Assembly (NCBI RefSeq): GCF_001194135.2
Contig: NC_068989.1
Location: 48,355,607 to 48,419,606, forward strand
DNA length: 64,000 bases
Direction of reading: 5' to 3'
DNA from: Octopus bimaculoides
Lineage: Eukaryota
A program made the translations under genes and the position numbers. This document shows, in pieces, positions 26,501-40,100 of this stretch. How positions within the stretch are numbered: position 1 is the stretch's first letter; every line of letters starts with the position of its first letter. Under the pieces are notes generated by a model. It worked only from the letters and a program-made list of their open reading frames with translations, was not told the DNA's origin and ran no database searches.

Positions 26501-27808
26501 CTGAACCTTAATGTTTTATAATGAAGATATTATTTAGCTTATTCAGCATCTGTGCTGGTGGCATGACATCGAGGCAATGACAAATGACCAAGACCTTTGG
26601 CAATATGCTGTGCTTGAGAAAACCCATTAACCCTTTCATTACCGTATTTATTTTGAGATGCTCTGTGTTTCTTTCAATTAATTTTAAATATAACAAAGAA
26701 TTTAGTAAAATAACTTAGTTACCATTAAGCTAGTGTTAGGAACATAAATCATGACTAAAGTTTGGTGAAAGATTTTAATTCAGAACTTATGAAAGCAAAA
26801 CATTTGTACTTCAGGGCCAGAGGTGGTTTCAGCCAGGTTAGTATTGAAAGCGTTAAGTGAAGTGAAATCATAGTCATGACAGATACTGGTGTCATGCAAC
26901 TGGCACGTAAAAGCACCCATTACATTCTTGGAGTAGTTGGTGTTAGGAAGGGCATCCAGCCATAGAAACCATGCCAAATCAGCCGTGCTCAAACTTTCCA
27001 ACCCATGCCAGCATGGACAACATATATTAAATGATGATGATGATGTTTGTATTGTAACAGTACTTGAAGAGGAAACAAGCCAACTAATGGTTATATTTTT
27101 ATGTCTACTTTATTTTAGATCTAAAAACCTACTGCTTCAATGGAGAGAACTTATCTAATATCCTCGTTGCTGAATGGAATCATAAAGATCCTTCAAAAGG
27201 TAAGATTTTTGTTCAGTGTTGCCTTCTTGTCTCTNNNNNNNNNNNNNNNNNNNNNNNNNNNNNNNNNNNNNNNNNNNNNNNNNNNNNNNNNNNNNNNNNN
27301 NNNNNNNNNNNNNNNNNNNNNNNNNNNNNNNNNNNNNNNNNNNNNNNNNNNNNNNNNNNNNNNNNNNNNNNNNNNNNNNNNNNNNNNNNNNNNNNNNNNN
27401 NNNNNNNNNNNNNNNNNNNNNNNNNNNNNNNNNNNNNNNNNNNNNNNNNNNNNNNNNNNNNNNNNNNNNNNNNNNNNNNNNNNNNNNNNNNNNNNNNNNN
27501 NNNNNNNNNNNNNNNNNNNNNNNNNNNNNNNNNNNNNNNNNNNNNNNNNNNNNNNNNNNNNNNNNNNNNNNNNNNNNNNNNNNNNNNNNNNNNNNNNNNN
27601 NNNNNNNNNNNNNNNNNNNNNNNNNNNNNNNNNNNNNNNNNNNNNNNNNNNNNNNNNNNNNNNNNNNNNNNNNNNNNNNNNNNNNNNNNNNNNNNNNNNN
27701 NNNNNNNNNNNNNNNNNNNNNNNNNNNNNNNNNNNNNNNNNNNNNNNNNNNNNNNNNNNNNNNNNNNNNNNNNNNNNNNNNNNNNNNNNNNNNNNNNNNN
27801 NNNNNNNN

Positions 27809-27850
<42 letters not shown>

Positions 27851-30174
27851 CAAAGCTGCAAAAATTCTCAATCTAAATTGTCTGACAAACAGGAACATGA
27901 AACTCTGAGTAGCAGTTTTTTGTGATGTATTTGCAGCTTTAATGATAGTAAAGTATATATATATATTCGCATGCTCATTGTTTGAGTTGTCATTGTGATT
28001 TTCTTGCAGTCAACAGACCAAGCACAGGACCATTGGTTGGATATATGTTCTACCATTACATATACTCCACATGGGAAAGCAAGTCTATACAAATAACTGA
28101 CCTGCATGTGTTACCACTACCAGAATATGAGTCCATCTGTGAAAATCTGTTTCATTTCCTGTGCAAGGTAATAGAATTTTTTTTTTTTTTGTCTTTGTAT
28201 TGTAATTTGCTTCAAGCATTGCAGTATGTTTTTAAATGATATGTTCGAAATATGTTGAGAATAAAAAGAAATTATTTCTCTATCTTTCAATACATCTCAT
28301 CACTTCTAAAACAAACTTTGTTTGTTTACTTTCATCGTAAGTTGAATTTAACATTAGCGTCTTATGAAGCTAAATTTATAAGTTCTAAAATTGCAGAAGA
28401 ATTCGTTACTGAGCAGTTTAGCTTAATGGTAAAGCACTTGACGCGTAATCACAGGATGTGAGTTTGAGTCTCATAGCTGGCCAGTAGCGTATTTTTCTGC
28501 AATGTATGGATAATTTATCCTGATCACACTATTTATTAGCATTATCACGCGTTTGAGAATAAAAAGAAATTATTTCTCTATCTTTCAATACATCTCATCA
28601 CTTCTAAAACAAACTGTTTGTTTACTTTCATTGTACAGTTTTATTTAATATAGGTTGTTTTAATGATCCTATATTTCAGGAAAGATTTGTCCTTTTCAAA
28701 TAAAAATGTTATTAGCCACCTAATATAAGAGATGGGTTTTTTTCCTTTGTTTTCCTTTCTGTGTGTAGAACAACAGTGTTGAGACAAAATATTGATAGGG
28801 AAGGAGTAGAAGCAGGAACAAATTTGAAGAAGAATGATTTTAGGAAAAAGTATTCAGATGAGTGAGGGAAATTATAATGTGGGGAGGGGTGACAGCTACA
28901 GCAAGGGGATGGTAGTTTTGATAAAATTCTGGAACTTGTCCCTTGCTAAAGTAACAGTATATATGCTCTCTTGTCCTTGGAGCTTTGGTGTGCAGGTTGT
29001 GCTTTGAAAGACAAAATGGATAATAAACCTTGTCCAAGGGCATGTCTATATAACAGTTTGATATACTGAAATATTACATAGGCATGACTGTGGTTAAGAA
29101 GTTAGCTTCAAAATTGTGGTTTTAGGTTCAATCCCATGCTGTGCATATACTGTTTTATTTAATATAGGTTGTTTTAATGATCCTATAATATTTCAGGAAA
29201 GATTTCGCTTTTTCAAGTAGAAATGTTGTCATTAGTAAGTGTGCTTCTATAGTTTCCATGCTAAATAATGCCTTATGTAAATTTGGTCAATGGAAACTGT
29301 AGGAAGTTTATCACTGTGTGTGTGTGTGTGCATGCACACATGCAAATGTGCACAACTGCTGATATTCCAGTTTCGTTTGTTACAACCAGAATGAAGTGGT
29401 GTTGATGTTTACATTCCATGTTGGTGTTATGACTGGTTACTCCATTCCTTTGCGTACTTGTTGAATAAAAAAGATCCCAGATGTGGCTTGAGTTCTGTCT
29501 CGGTGCAGCACCTTGGGCAAGTAACTGTTTTCTATTGTGGCCCCTAGCCAACTAAAGTTTTGTAAGTAGATTTGGTTGATGGAATCTAAAAGAAGCCCAT
29601 TGTGTGTGTTTCTTTAGTTTGTTTCTTCTTCACCAGTGTTTGACAACAGGTGTTGGTTTGTTTACATCCCTATAAGCAAAAGATTGATGGCATAAGTAAT
29701 GGGGGGGGGGGTCAATTTCTTCAGCACTTTAAGGCTGTACCCCAGCATGGCTGCAGTCCAGTGACTGAAATAAGTCAAAAAGAAGATACTTGAAAAACAG
29801 GTAAGAGTTCAAGACAAAGGGCATCAGGTCATTAAATCTACCTGAAATTAGTTCTCATCCAGTCCATGGTTACATGGAAAAATGAACATTGAATACATGA
29901 AAAAAACCTCATATTTTTCATAATGTGCGCATTTTTATTTACCAGCAAAATCTTCATAAGTCATAGCTTTTGTTTGTATTTTTTTTCTTTTCCCCCCTCA
30001 TTGCAGATGTCTGTAGATGAGAATTGTGCCCGAGTTCAATGGCAAACGAATGGTAACAATGATTTGAAGAACTTGGGTAAATATTTTAATGCCATGAATT
30101 TAATAGAGATGGAAAGTTGGCGAGTAAAAAATTTTGAAAAACATCAGTTGAAAGAACTCAGCGCAACAAGTTGA
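20599..30174 (+). CDS. SSAT-like GNAT protein, copy 2 (exon 2 missing at an assembly gap)
   Basis: Exon 1 20599-20664 (MALIASRHATADDCEFIIGLFE), exon 3 27119-27199, exon 4 28010-28167, exon 5 30007-30174 (TGA). Splice sites are canonical and exons 3-5 match copy 1 in length. Exon 2 is expected inside the gap at 24394-24403. Confidence 0.8.
21395..21672 (-). mobile_element. tRNA-derived SINE, family B (other copies ~1290-1500, 22600-22830, 33150-33490, 44530-44895)
   Basis: The shared body (..ttgccgaaccgctaagttacggggacgtaaacacacc.. / ..ccagcatggccgcagtcaaatgactgaaacaag..) recurs many times in both orientations. Confidence 0.75.
23807..23997. mobile_element. Degraded Tc1/pogo-type MITE
   Basis: Inverted repeats ctgtaaaaacc / ggtttttacag, plus a perfect 16-bp pair catgtaatttacgcac / gtgcgtaaattacatg. 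Confidence 0.5.
25030..25850 (+). mobile_element. CR1/L2-like LINE 3' relic (related tail at 58260-58560, minus strand)
   Basis: YKAQVRPTVGCCFHI*DSA and NNHYTKSFLPK motifs typical of CR1/L2 ORF2 ends. Confidence 0.6.
26631..26852. mobile_element. piggyBac-type MITE (TTAA-flanked); similar TTAA/CCC elements at 45092-45307 and ~58030-58255
   Basis: TTAA|CCCTTTCATTAC ... GTATTGAAAGCG|TTAA. Confidence 0.6.
27235..27808. other. Assembly gap (others: 11199-11208, 13290-13299, 24394-24403, 51527-51774)
   Basis: Runs of N, mostly adjoining (AT)n tracts. Confidence 0.99.
28412..28481 (+). pseudogene. Decayed tRNA-Thr(CGT)-like sequence or SINE head
   Basis: A-box tagcttaatggt, anticodon loop cgCGTaa and T-arm gtgag-tttgagt-ctcat. 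Acceptor and anticodon stems are mismatched. Confidence 0.5.
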
Positions 30175-33100
30175 TAAAGAACAGTGGTGTTGTTAAGGAA
30201 TGCAACATTACATTTTTCTATTTTTTCTAATGAAAATAAAAAGTAACTATTATTTGTTTGGTTTACATTTCCTTTTACAATTTCCTGATAAGAGTGGTGA
30301 AATGTAGATGTACAAAATTCACTGGAAACAATGTCCTTTTTGTCTAGTTCTGTATCAGCCCTAATCAAGCTGACCTATGAAAAAAGCCATCCTATCTTTT
30401 TAGGCTTATATTATCTAATGTGTCTTTCCATTTTTGAGACTGTATGGCTTGTTTTGAGTGAGATTTAACTGTTGTTTTTAGCTAGCCAAATACCTCCACA
30501 TAGACTCTGTCGTTGGCTCCAACGTTTGTAGTGATCATGGTCCAAGTGTCCTGTACCATAGTCTTGGGTTGAACAATACTACGAGTGGAATTTGGTTGGG
30601 GAAAACTGTAGTTGCCTGTTGAATATCATTTGCCAAAAGATGTAAATATTTGTATGAAAACCAAAGGACTGATGCTCTTCAAATGAAGTCCTTTGTGATA
30701 TTTGCTCTTTATCAATTTAGAGATACTCCCTTGTCACTCTTGCCATGAGGAGTGCAATGAACCAGTGACTGAGCTGTTGGAAACTATGGAATCAATGCTA
30801 TTGTTCACTTATTGGTTTCAAATTTTAACACAAGGCCAGCAATTTCAGGGGAGGGATAAGTCGATTACATCAACCCCCTTTGCTCGGCTGGTACTTATTT
30901 TATCGACTCTGAAATGATGAAAGGCAAAGTTGACCTTGGTGGAATTTAAATGAACTCAGAACATATAGATGAAGTGCCACTATGCAATTTGCCTAGCATG
31001 CTAACGATTCTGCCTGATCACTATTGTTCACACACTGCGCTTAAAAATATGGAATAGATGCAAGCATGGTTGTGTGCTTAAGAAGTTTTCTTTGCAGCCA
31101 CGTGGTTTCAGGTTCAGTCCTACTGTGCAACACTTTGGCTAAGTATGTTATCCTATAGCCTTGTGCCAAGCAATGTTTTGTCAAGGAATTTGGTGGGCAG
31201 AAATTGAGAAAGCCTGTTGTTTGTGTCTGTGTGTGTGAATTATATTCCAGGCATTATAACCTGTGGCTCTGTGCTTATAAAGACCTCTGAAGCACAGAAT
31301 CCTAAGTAGATAATGATTTTTTTAAAAAAACGCTAAGATTTGATGACAGTCGGAGCATCTTGTTAAAAATCTTGCTTCAAATAACTCCGTCCGAATTGGG
31401 GATGGTGGTGGAAGGAACGGACATTCAACAAACGAAATAGAAGGGAGATAATTTTTATTGACTGACTAAAAATTCTAAATGTCTATAGTAAAACATTTCT
31501 TAGCATTTATATAAAATAATTTTGAACATGTACATAGTATTCAGTTAATGTTTCTGCAGTTGGAGGTTCTACTGACGGCTAAACAATTAAATATAAGCTG
31601 GGCGAATTGGCAGTCGTCAGAACATGAGTTAGAATGCTTTGCAGTATTTGTTCTGAATCCTACCACATTGAGTTCAAATCCTATTGAAGTCAACTTTGCA
31701 TGGTTAGTAAATAAGTACCAGTCCAAGGCAGTCGATTGGCAGATTTGTAAGAATGTTCAACCAAATGCCCTGGCAAAATCCTGTCATCTAATTTAACACT
31801 ACCATGTTTTTATACCTTTTTGTAGACTCTATTGCAAGCATTTAGACCAGGTCTTTGGTGTATGGATGCCTTCTGATCAGTTTCAGAGACTTTATAAGGG
31901 GTCAAAGGTGCACTATCATTTCATCTGGCTAAAAGATGAATAGAAAAAACATTTTAGACATTTGAGTGTTTGGTTGTCAGAGAGACGGTGAGTTGTTTTT
32001 GATCATTTGATGTTTCTAGTGCAAACAAATGTATATTTGGTAACAGACCTCTCATCCTTTTGCCAATTTCACTGGTGTCATGAGGTGTAGGAACAATAAC
32101 TTACTACTCCAAAATGTTTAAGGACACTGCTATTCCTCGTCCAAATCCCTCAAGGTTGACTTTGGCTTGTCCGTATCAATAAAGTAAGTTAAATAATGGA
32201 GCTCATTTGATTATACACCTTTGTGACCTTCTGTCTGTGTAAAAAAAATTTATTCACATATAAAACAATGTCAGATTGCCAGACTAAATGCCAAATATTA
32301 TCTTTCTAACATCCTATGATTGGTAAATAAGTGTCAATGTTGAAATATAGCTGAGTATTGCTTTACCCTCATTCGTTTGGTTTTTACCATTTTTCCATGC
32401 TAGCATCAGTTAGATGAATATAGGCCCTTCTTGTCGCTAATCCACACCTGTTTTTCAAGTAAGGGATTTCTTAGCCAGCAGAGGATTTCTTGATAGAAGT
32501 GACAACACCACCTCTTATATTTCATGATCTTCAGAGAAGCTTTATTTCATTCTACCAAACCTACCAAGCTTTAGTCAGCCCAAGGCTATAGAAGACGTTA
32601 GCTCAAGGTGCCATACATTTGGACTAAATTGAAAACAACATTGTAGGTTAATGAACTCCTTAACCACACAAACTTGCCTTCAGTAACAAGTACTATATAG
32701 TTACTAATATATCGGTGTTGATTTCATTGACTAAATCTATTTTTACTGTAATTTGTGTAAGAAATGATTATAATGGTGTGTTATGAAGAGCAAGAGGTCA
32801 ACTTATTGCAGTTATTACCAAGTTTTTGATTTCTGTGTTTAGGATGCTGTACTTACAATGTTAATCTATAGGGAGTGGGGATATGAAACTATTAACTTGC
32901 CAGAAATAGAAACCAATGGAAAAGGATGTAGTACCATAGACACATATTTCATTGTGTAATTGCTGTTTCATTAGTTTGCAGTACAAGACTGAAATTTTCC
33001 TGTGTACATCAGAGGAACCAATTTGGAGAATTACTATATAGTCATACAGAATTATTTAAAAATGAACAGCAATATTTTCCAGAGGTGTATCAATCAATAA

Positions 33101-35408
33101 TTAAAAAAATCTAAGTTCAATTACAAAATTAACTTTTTTTTTTGTGACAAGTAGCTTGCTTACCAACCACATGGTTCCGGGTTCATTCCCACTGCGTGGC
33201 ACCTTGGGCAAGTGTCTTCTATTATAGCCTCGTGAATGGATTTGGTAGACGAAAACTGAAAGAAGCTCATCGTATATATGTATGTATGTGTGTCTGTTTG
33301 TCCCACCAACATCGCTTGACAACCGATGGTGGTGTGTTTACATCCCCGTAACTTAGCGGTTTGGCAAAAGAGACCGATAGAATAAGTGTTAGGCTTACAT
33401 AGAACAAGTCCTGGGGTCGGTTTCCTCGACTAAAGGCGGTGCTCCAGCATGGCCACAGTCAAATGACTGAAACAAGTAAAAGAGTAATAGGATAAAACTA
33501 TGCTCATCAAATGAGATTGTATCTCTTGAAGTTCAAAATTCTTTTGTCCTTTAATCATGCAAAGTAATGTTGGGCTTTTCTTACAAGTTTTCTTTACACC
33601 CATTATAGCTTAACATTTCTCTAATGAAGTTGTGGGTTCAATTCCTGAGCTGTGTCCTTGAGCAAGATACTTTTTTACATTGCTCCAGTCTACTTTACTG
33701 AAAGTAAACACCAGCAAATTACTGGAGCCACTCTTTCTTTCCAGCCCTCAGTGTCTTGATATTCTATCGAGTCTGGAGTGGGAGGGCCAACAGGGTGTCT
33801 ATGTCTGCTTACAACTACATAAGCACCTCAAAGAATTAGAGAAACCCTACTACATACAACTAAATCCTAATTGGTGGCAAGTGATGGCCATGGCTGGCTT
33901 TTGTGTGTGTGTGTCCAAGTAGAATATTGAGTCCAGTAATGATGGATGACATCTGCTTTCTAATAAACATGAAAAAATGAGTTTATATAATTAAACTCAA
34001 TGGTTTCAAATTTTGGCACAGGGTCAGCAGTTTTTGAGGGGTAGGGGAAGTCAATTACATCGATCCCTTGGATAAATTTAAGCTCAAAACAAAGACAGAC
34101 AAAATGCCTGACCGCATTTTATCTGGCGTGCTAACAGTTCTGCCAGCTTGCCACCTTCATAATTAAATTTAACGAAGCAATTTATTTTATCTAATAATAA
34201 TTAATATGAAATGACATTCTTCAATTTTTTTTTTTTACGAATCAATAACAAAAACATCAATGATATATTTTAACAAACTCATTAATTTAATTGTCCACTA
34301 ATCACAATAGTTGCTGCCATATACATTTTTCTTTTCTTCTAATTTCAAAATCTACTGTCTTAAGTCTTGTACCATATATTCTAATAAAAAGAAATGGAAG
34401 AAATACATCCTAATTCACTCCAAAATAAACTCCAAACAACTGGAGTCAACTTATGTGACAGTACGTTAGTGTGTTTTATAAGGTATAGTTTTGAAATATT
34501 TCCATATTGTGTTGAATCAGATATTTCAGAACGCAATTAAATTAACAAGGATACCTGAAAAAAATGTCTAGTCATTTGCCTTAAATAATATCTGTACTAT
34601 ACATATGTTATCAGAAGAGGTTAATTTCAGTTCTTAAACCATAACCACATAAAAGTCAATGAGAAACTCATTCAACACAATACAAAAAGGTTTGTGTTTT
34701 CATTTTTTTCTTTACAATGACCTGCTTATATTTTATTTCCCTTTCTTCACACACATAGATAGAGCAAAGGCAGGAGATAAGGGCAGAAGTCAAAAATACA
34801 CAGGCAAGATTCTGCAGATGGATGTGTGTTTGCATATAGCTTTTTTTAATGTAGTTATTTATAAATATTAATTGAATAACTCTCTTTTAAGCAGACTACC
34901 GTATCAACCCTTTCCTGAGACATATATAAAAGCAAATTGATAGATAAAAGAATTTCTCTCTAGTAACCCCCACTCAACTGTTTTTGCTTTTATGAAACTA
35001 TATCATTCAGGTTCTTCTCCCCTACCTCAAACAGCTACCCACCTGGAGACATCTACAATATGTAACAGTACAAAACCCCACACAGTCACACACTTCTTTG
35101 TATGGGAGTGTGGGGACTTCTCTAGTGATAAAGTACCAGCTAGTATCTTAATTTATGTGCCTAATAAATTAGGATTATTCAAATTATAGATAAGAGACAA
35201 GACGTTTTAATATTTAAGATTTTGATGTATATCACTAGAACAGTGGATTGGTAAAATTGTTACAGTATCAGAAAAATGTTTTGTGCTTTTTGTATCAGCT
35301 CTTTACATTCTAAGATCAACTTTGCTTTTCATCCATCTGGGGGTTGAAATATTTGGCTAATGCCACCCCTCAAAATTGCCTTCTGCCTCATTTGGAAACA
35401 ATATCTGT

Positions 35409-35765
35409 TTGTTGTTGGCACTCCGTCATTTACGACTGAACAGCCTGCTTGTGAAATTAATGTGCAAGTGGCTGAGCATTTCACAGACACGTGTACCCTT
35501 AACGTAGTTCTCTGAGATATTCAGCGTGACACAGTGTGACAAGGCTGACCCTTTGAATTACAGGCACAACTGAAACAGGAAGTAAGAGTGAGAGAAAGTT
35601 GTGGTGAAAGAGTACAGCAGGGTTCGTCACCATACCCTGCCGGAGCCTCGTGAAGCTTTAAGTGTTTTCGCTCAATAAACACTCAACGCCCAGTCTGGGA
35701 ATCGAAACTGCGATCCTATGACCACGAGTCCGCTGCCCTAACCACTGGGCCATTGCGCCTCCACT
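35409..35765 (-). mobile_element. tRNA-derived SINE, family C, with 11-bp TSD
   Basis: TSD acaatatctgt at 35398-35408 and 35766-35776. tRNA-like head on the minus strand. Absent from the paralogous position at ~9400. Confidence 0.8.
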
Positions 35766-37146
35766 ACAATATCTGTATATCACTGCTAAATGCACATTTC
35801 CCATCACTTATACATAAGTGGTTGTGTAGGGGGTGGGTATCAGTTTTCCATGCTGGCATGGATTGAATGACTTGACAGGAGTTGGCAAGCCAGAGGACTG
35901 CACCAAGCTCCACTGTCTGTTTTGGCACAGTTTTTACAGTTGGATGCTCTACCTAACACCAACAACTCTACTGAGTGGGCTGGATGCTCTATATTCTAAT
36001 TTTAATCATCCCGAAATTTAACCCAAACTTAGCTCAAAATGTTATTTGTAAGGGGCGTCCAGCTGTGACACACTGCCTTCAAGTCTTGCTCAAGCCAGAC
36101 AGAAAAATTTAATAAATGTATGATTTTGTAATTTAGACACAAGGCCAGCAATTTTTTTTTTGAGGGGATGGAATTAGATGATACCATCAACACTGGTACT
36201 TGACAGGAAACTTTATTGACCCTAAAAGAATGAAAAATAATCTTGACTTCAGTGCGATCTGAACTCAAAACATAAAGAGCGGGAACAAATACTGCAAGGT
36301 TTTTTTTTCCTGATGCTAATTTGACTTGTAAAAATGAGGGTCGAATGGCAAATGGCACTCTTTACTCTCTAGTTCTTTAGTTCGTTGTAGCCTTCCTACC
36401 TTAATTTATGCTAGCATAGTTTCTAATAAGCCATCATATTTTGCTTTTTACTTCATTAGTCATTACATTCTAATAAATTACCAATATCCAATACTTAACT
36501 GAATAAGACAAAGAATATTTAATGTAATCAAATGTAAAACATTTGCAAATTGGGATGAAAAACTAGATATAGAACAGTCATTAGGAGATAGTAGATTAGC
36601 AGAACCTGTAAAATACCTTGAGGAAATTTGGTCATTTTTGAGAAGAAATCCTGCTAGAGTTTTTTGGCATGTACTGTTTGCTCAACATTAATCAACTATG
36701 TATCTAAGCTTTACCCTAAATTTATGGCTTTGTGCCATTACATATATGTAATGGCATATATAAACTTCCAAGAAAACATGAAATAATTCTTTTTTGGAAT
36801 AGAGGCTCTCAAGGGCTACATTAAGGTTAGAATAAGAATTTGTAAATATTGGGTTGAAAATCCTGTTTGGATAGCAAAAAAAAAAATACTTTTCGACTTG
36901 GTATTACAAACTATTATTTATAGCTTTATGAGAATGAGGGCCCCTATTCCCAAAAAGAATGCATATATTATATGCATCTCTCTAATACAGTTCTGAGTGT
37001 ATTTTTTTTTCTTTTTATGAAATATGGTAGATATCTTTGCAGACAAAGCTTCTGATCTGCAGTCTGTAACGGATATCTGGTATTTACAAAAGAGTTCACT
37101 CAAATGAAGTTAATAATTATGAATCTAAAATATCTACTTGTTGACA

Positions 37147-40100
37147 CTATTTCCATATTCTCTTGATGACATCTGGAGATGGATCTCGTCCACGGAACAT
37201 TCTGAAAATTTTGTTGGCTGATATTGAGCCACCCAATGCAAGAAATGTGTCGCGAAATCTGGAAACAAGACAAAAAGCAAGAACAAAGTTATTGGGCCAG
37301 TAATTAGGTCAGTAAAATTTTTTAAAAAAACACTTAGGAGGATTAAATAGGTAAATAAAAAGAAATGTGAGTAATAATCACAATGAGAGCATATTAAGAA
37401 TAAATGTTTTTCTTCTGAAATGATTGAAAAAGAAATATTTGATCCATATTATATAAAGTTTTTTTTACAATTTCTGATATTCAAAATATTTGAAGAAAGA
37501 TTTTCTTAAATTAAAAATTATCAATCATAGTAAAAAAAAAAAATAATAGGATAAAACATATTCTGGACTGCAGTCAATGCTACTTCTACAGTTTATCACA
37601 TAAATAAATGTGTTTGGTAAAATGTAAATGCTTCTTTCCCAAATACATAAGTACAGCACTCTCTGCCATCTGAACGAACAGGACATTCTATCATGACAGA
37701 AATCTTTAAGGAATTATTCATTAATTATTATTAAGTGAAAAAGGGTACTTGGAAGCTTTTGTGTTCAGTCCATGTCTGCCTACCCACTTGAATTCTAAAC
37801 CCGATAATTAAAGTATCTAATTATGAACAAAAATCAAATAGTAATATAAATATTTAAGAGAGTTTAGATGTCAGTAAATTCAGTTGATGGAAGGAGCTTC
37901 ATATTATAAAATTTCCAACAATTTTAATGTTCAAACACTTACCTCCAACGAGAGTGGAATGGTTATCTGGTGTTTTACAACATAAAATTGTAAGAGGGGA
38001 AGAAATCTACAGTCCAGGGAAACAATTGAAGATTTGCATCAATAAGAAACAGTAAAGAGGAAGAAGGCAGCGAGCTGAGAGAAACGTTAGCACGCCGGGC
38101 GAAATGCTTAGCAGTATTTCGTCTGCCGTTACGTTCTGAGTTCAAATTCCGCCAAGGTCGACTTTGCCTTTCATCCTTTCGGGGTCGATAAAATTAAGTA
38201 CCAGTTACGCACTGGGGTCGATGTAATCGACTTAACTCCTTTGTTTGTCCCCTCTATGTTTAGTCCCCTGTGGGCAATAAAGAAAGAACAGTTAAGAGGA
38301 AGAAGACCCCCCCCCCCTCCTTAAAGTATCAGGATTTGTCTCCTATCTCAACAAACATTTTATGAATTTTGAAAATTGCACTGTAAGCCTATAATCACTA
38401 TAAATGATATTCAATTACTGGAGCCTCCAGTACTCAGCTCTCAACTCATGGGTTACAGTTTAATTGTAAGAGATAATCTTTCACAGTTACTTACCGTCTT
38501 CCAATGGCTGATACAAGCTCTGTCTGTTCCAGACCAACTTCTTCAAAAGCAGCAAAGATGTCAGCTGCTATCATCTGAAAGGAGAGATTTAAATTTAGCT
38601 TCTGTTGGTGTTAAGAAGGGAATCTAGCCATAGAAACCATGCCAAAAGTAGACATTGATGCATGACACAGTACTCCAACTAGTCAGACCATGTCAAACCT
38701 TCCAACACATGCCATCCTGAGAAAGTGGATGTTGCATTATGATGAAAGTGTGAAAATTGAAGCAAAAAATCTTGAAAAGATTCAAGTAAGTTACTCTTGG
38801 AATTGACCCAGCTGTTAACAATGTAACTCTTATTATTAGGGAATGCTATTACCAAATTTTGCACCAAAATGAAATAGCTGAGATGTTTAGATATCAAACA
38901 ACTGAATAAAAGAGTCATGAGTTCAGATCTCAGTCTAGGCATTCCACTGCAACGTCACAGTTATATATTGCCTCAACTTCTTTAGCTGAATAATGTGTAC
39001 CAGGATAAAATTTTTCTATCCCTGAGTAGATTTATTTTTTTCATATAAATTAGCCAAATGATGGGGAGGAGTAATGTCTTTGACCATTGCATGCTGCTCT
39101 CCCACACTGGTGAGATTGATGTAGCTTGATATTTGGACTGAACATCTGTAGGCAAAATGTCCTCTGCAAAATAGGGACAGCAGCAGCCCGTCGGAGAAAT
39201 GAACCCTGCGAGGTGGAGTGGCTACTGCAGTGAGTGTCACTGGCCATTCTCCACAGCAACGCCATTGCAGTCATTACTGTGGGGTGCAGCTGAGCACCCC
39301 ACTTGTTCTAGGACATGTGGCCCATCACCCCCGAATCCATTTTCTTTAATTTTTTATTTTTTATTTTCTTTCTGTTCCATCTTTTTAAATCAAGATTTGA
39401 AATAAAGTTAATGTAATGTCAAAAAATAAAAAATTAGGTTGCAACTTACTTCAGACCACTTATGAGAGTAATAAGCTGCTGGATGTTGATCAGAGAAAAT
39501 ATGGGTGAAAGAGCAAGGATGGGCATCATCGTCACTGAGAGGTAGTAACATGTATTCATCCCAGATGCGATTCATTATATCATGCCAGTGTTCTTTGCTG
39601 GAATTTCATGAAAAAATAATAGAGAAAAAAAGGATTGATATGAGATGAAAATGAATACCACTCGCATAATATATAACTTAAAGTTTTAATGATATTGGAG
39701 TTATGGAGATGGCAGGAAGCCTGTTTCAAACTACATTTGATGTTCAAATTTTGCTGATGTTTGGTTTAGTCTTTCATTTCTCTAGTGAAATAAGTACCAG
39801 TAATATACTGGTTTTCATTCGACTGACTACTTACTCTTCACTCCTACAAAATGCATAACCCTTGTCTTTATATAAGAAATTGCTTTTTGATACATTTGTT
39901 CTAATTACTGTTTTTCTAGGTATCAATTACTGTAACTACTGTACTTCTGGGACACTTTAACCTCCAAAACACATCCCAATTTTAACTTGTGGATTTTGAA
40001 AAAGGATGAACATAAAAACAAGATCTCAGCAAGTTCCCAAACTTCCTATTTCCTATCTCAGGGTTGAACAGCATTTCTCAAGAAGCAGGCCACATGAGAC

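Larger units (their letters stand above)
20404..35885 (+). repeat. Segmental duplication unit B (expanded by insertions)
   Basis: Collinear with 222-9560 and about 6 kb longer because of copy-specific insertions. Confidence 0.85.

Noticed and set aside
27140-27908. Long ORFs in the track at 27.1-27.9 kb and 51.5-51.8 kb
   Set aside because: They are translations of N runs and (AT)n.
39040-39330. GC-richer intronic block with a GHFAYRC zinc-knuckle-like translation
   Set aside because: The CCHC spacing is incomplete and there are no matching splice phases. It is probably an old repeat fragment.
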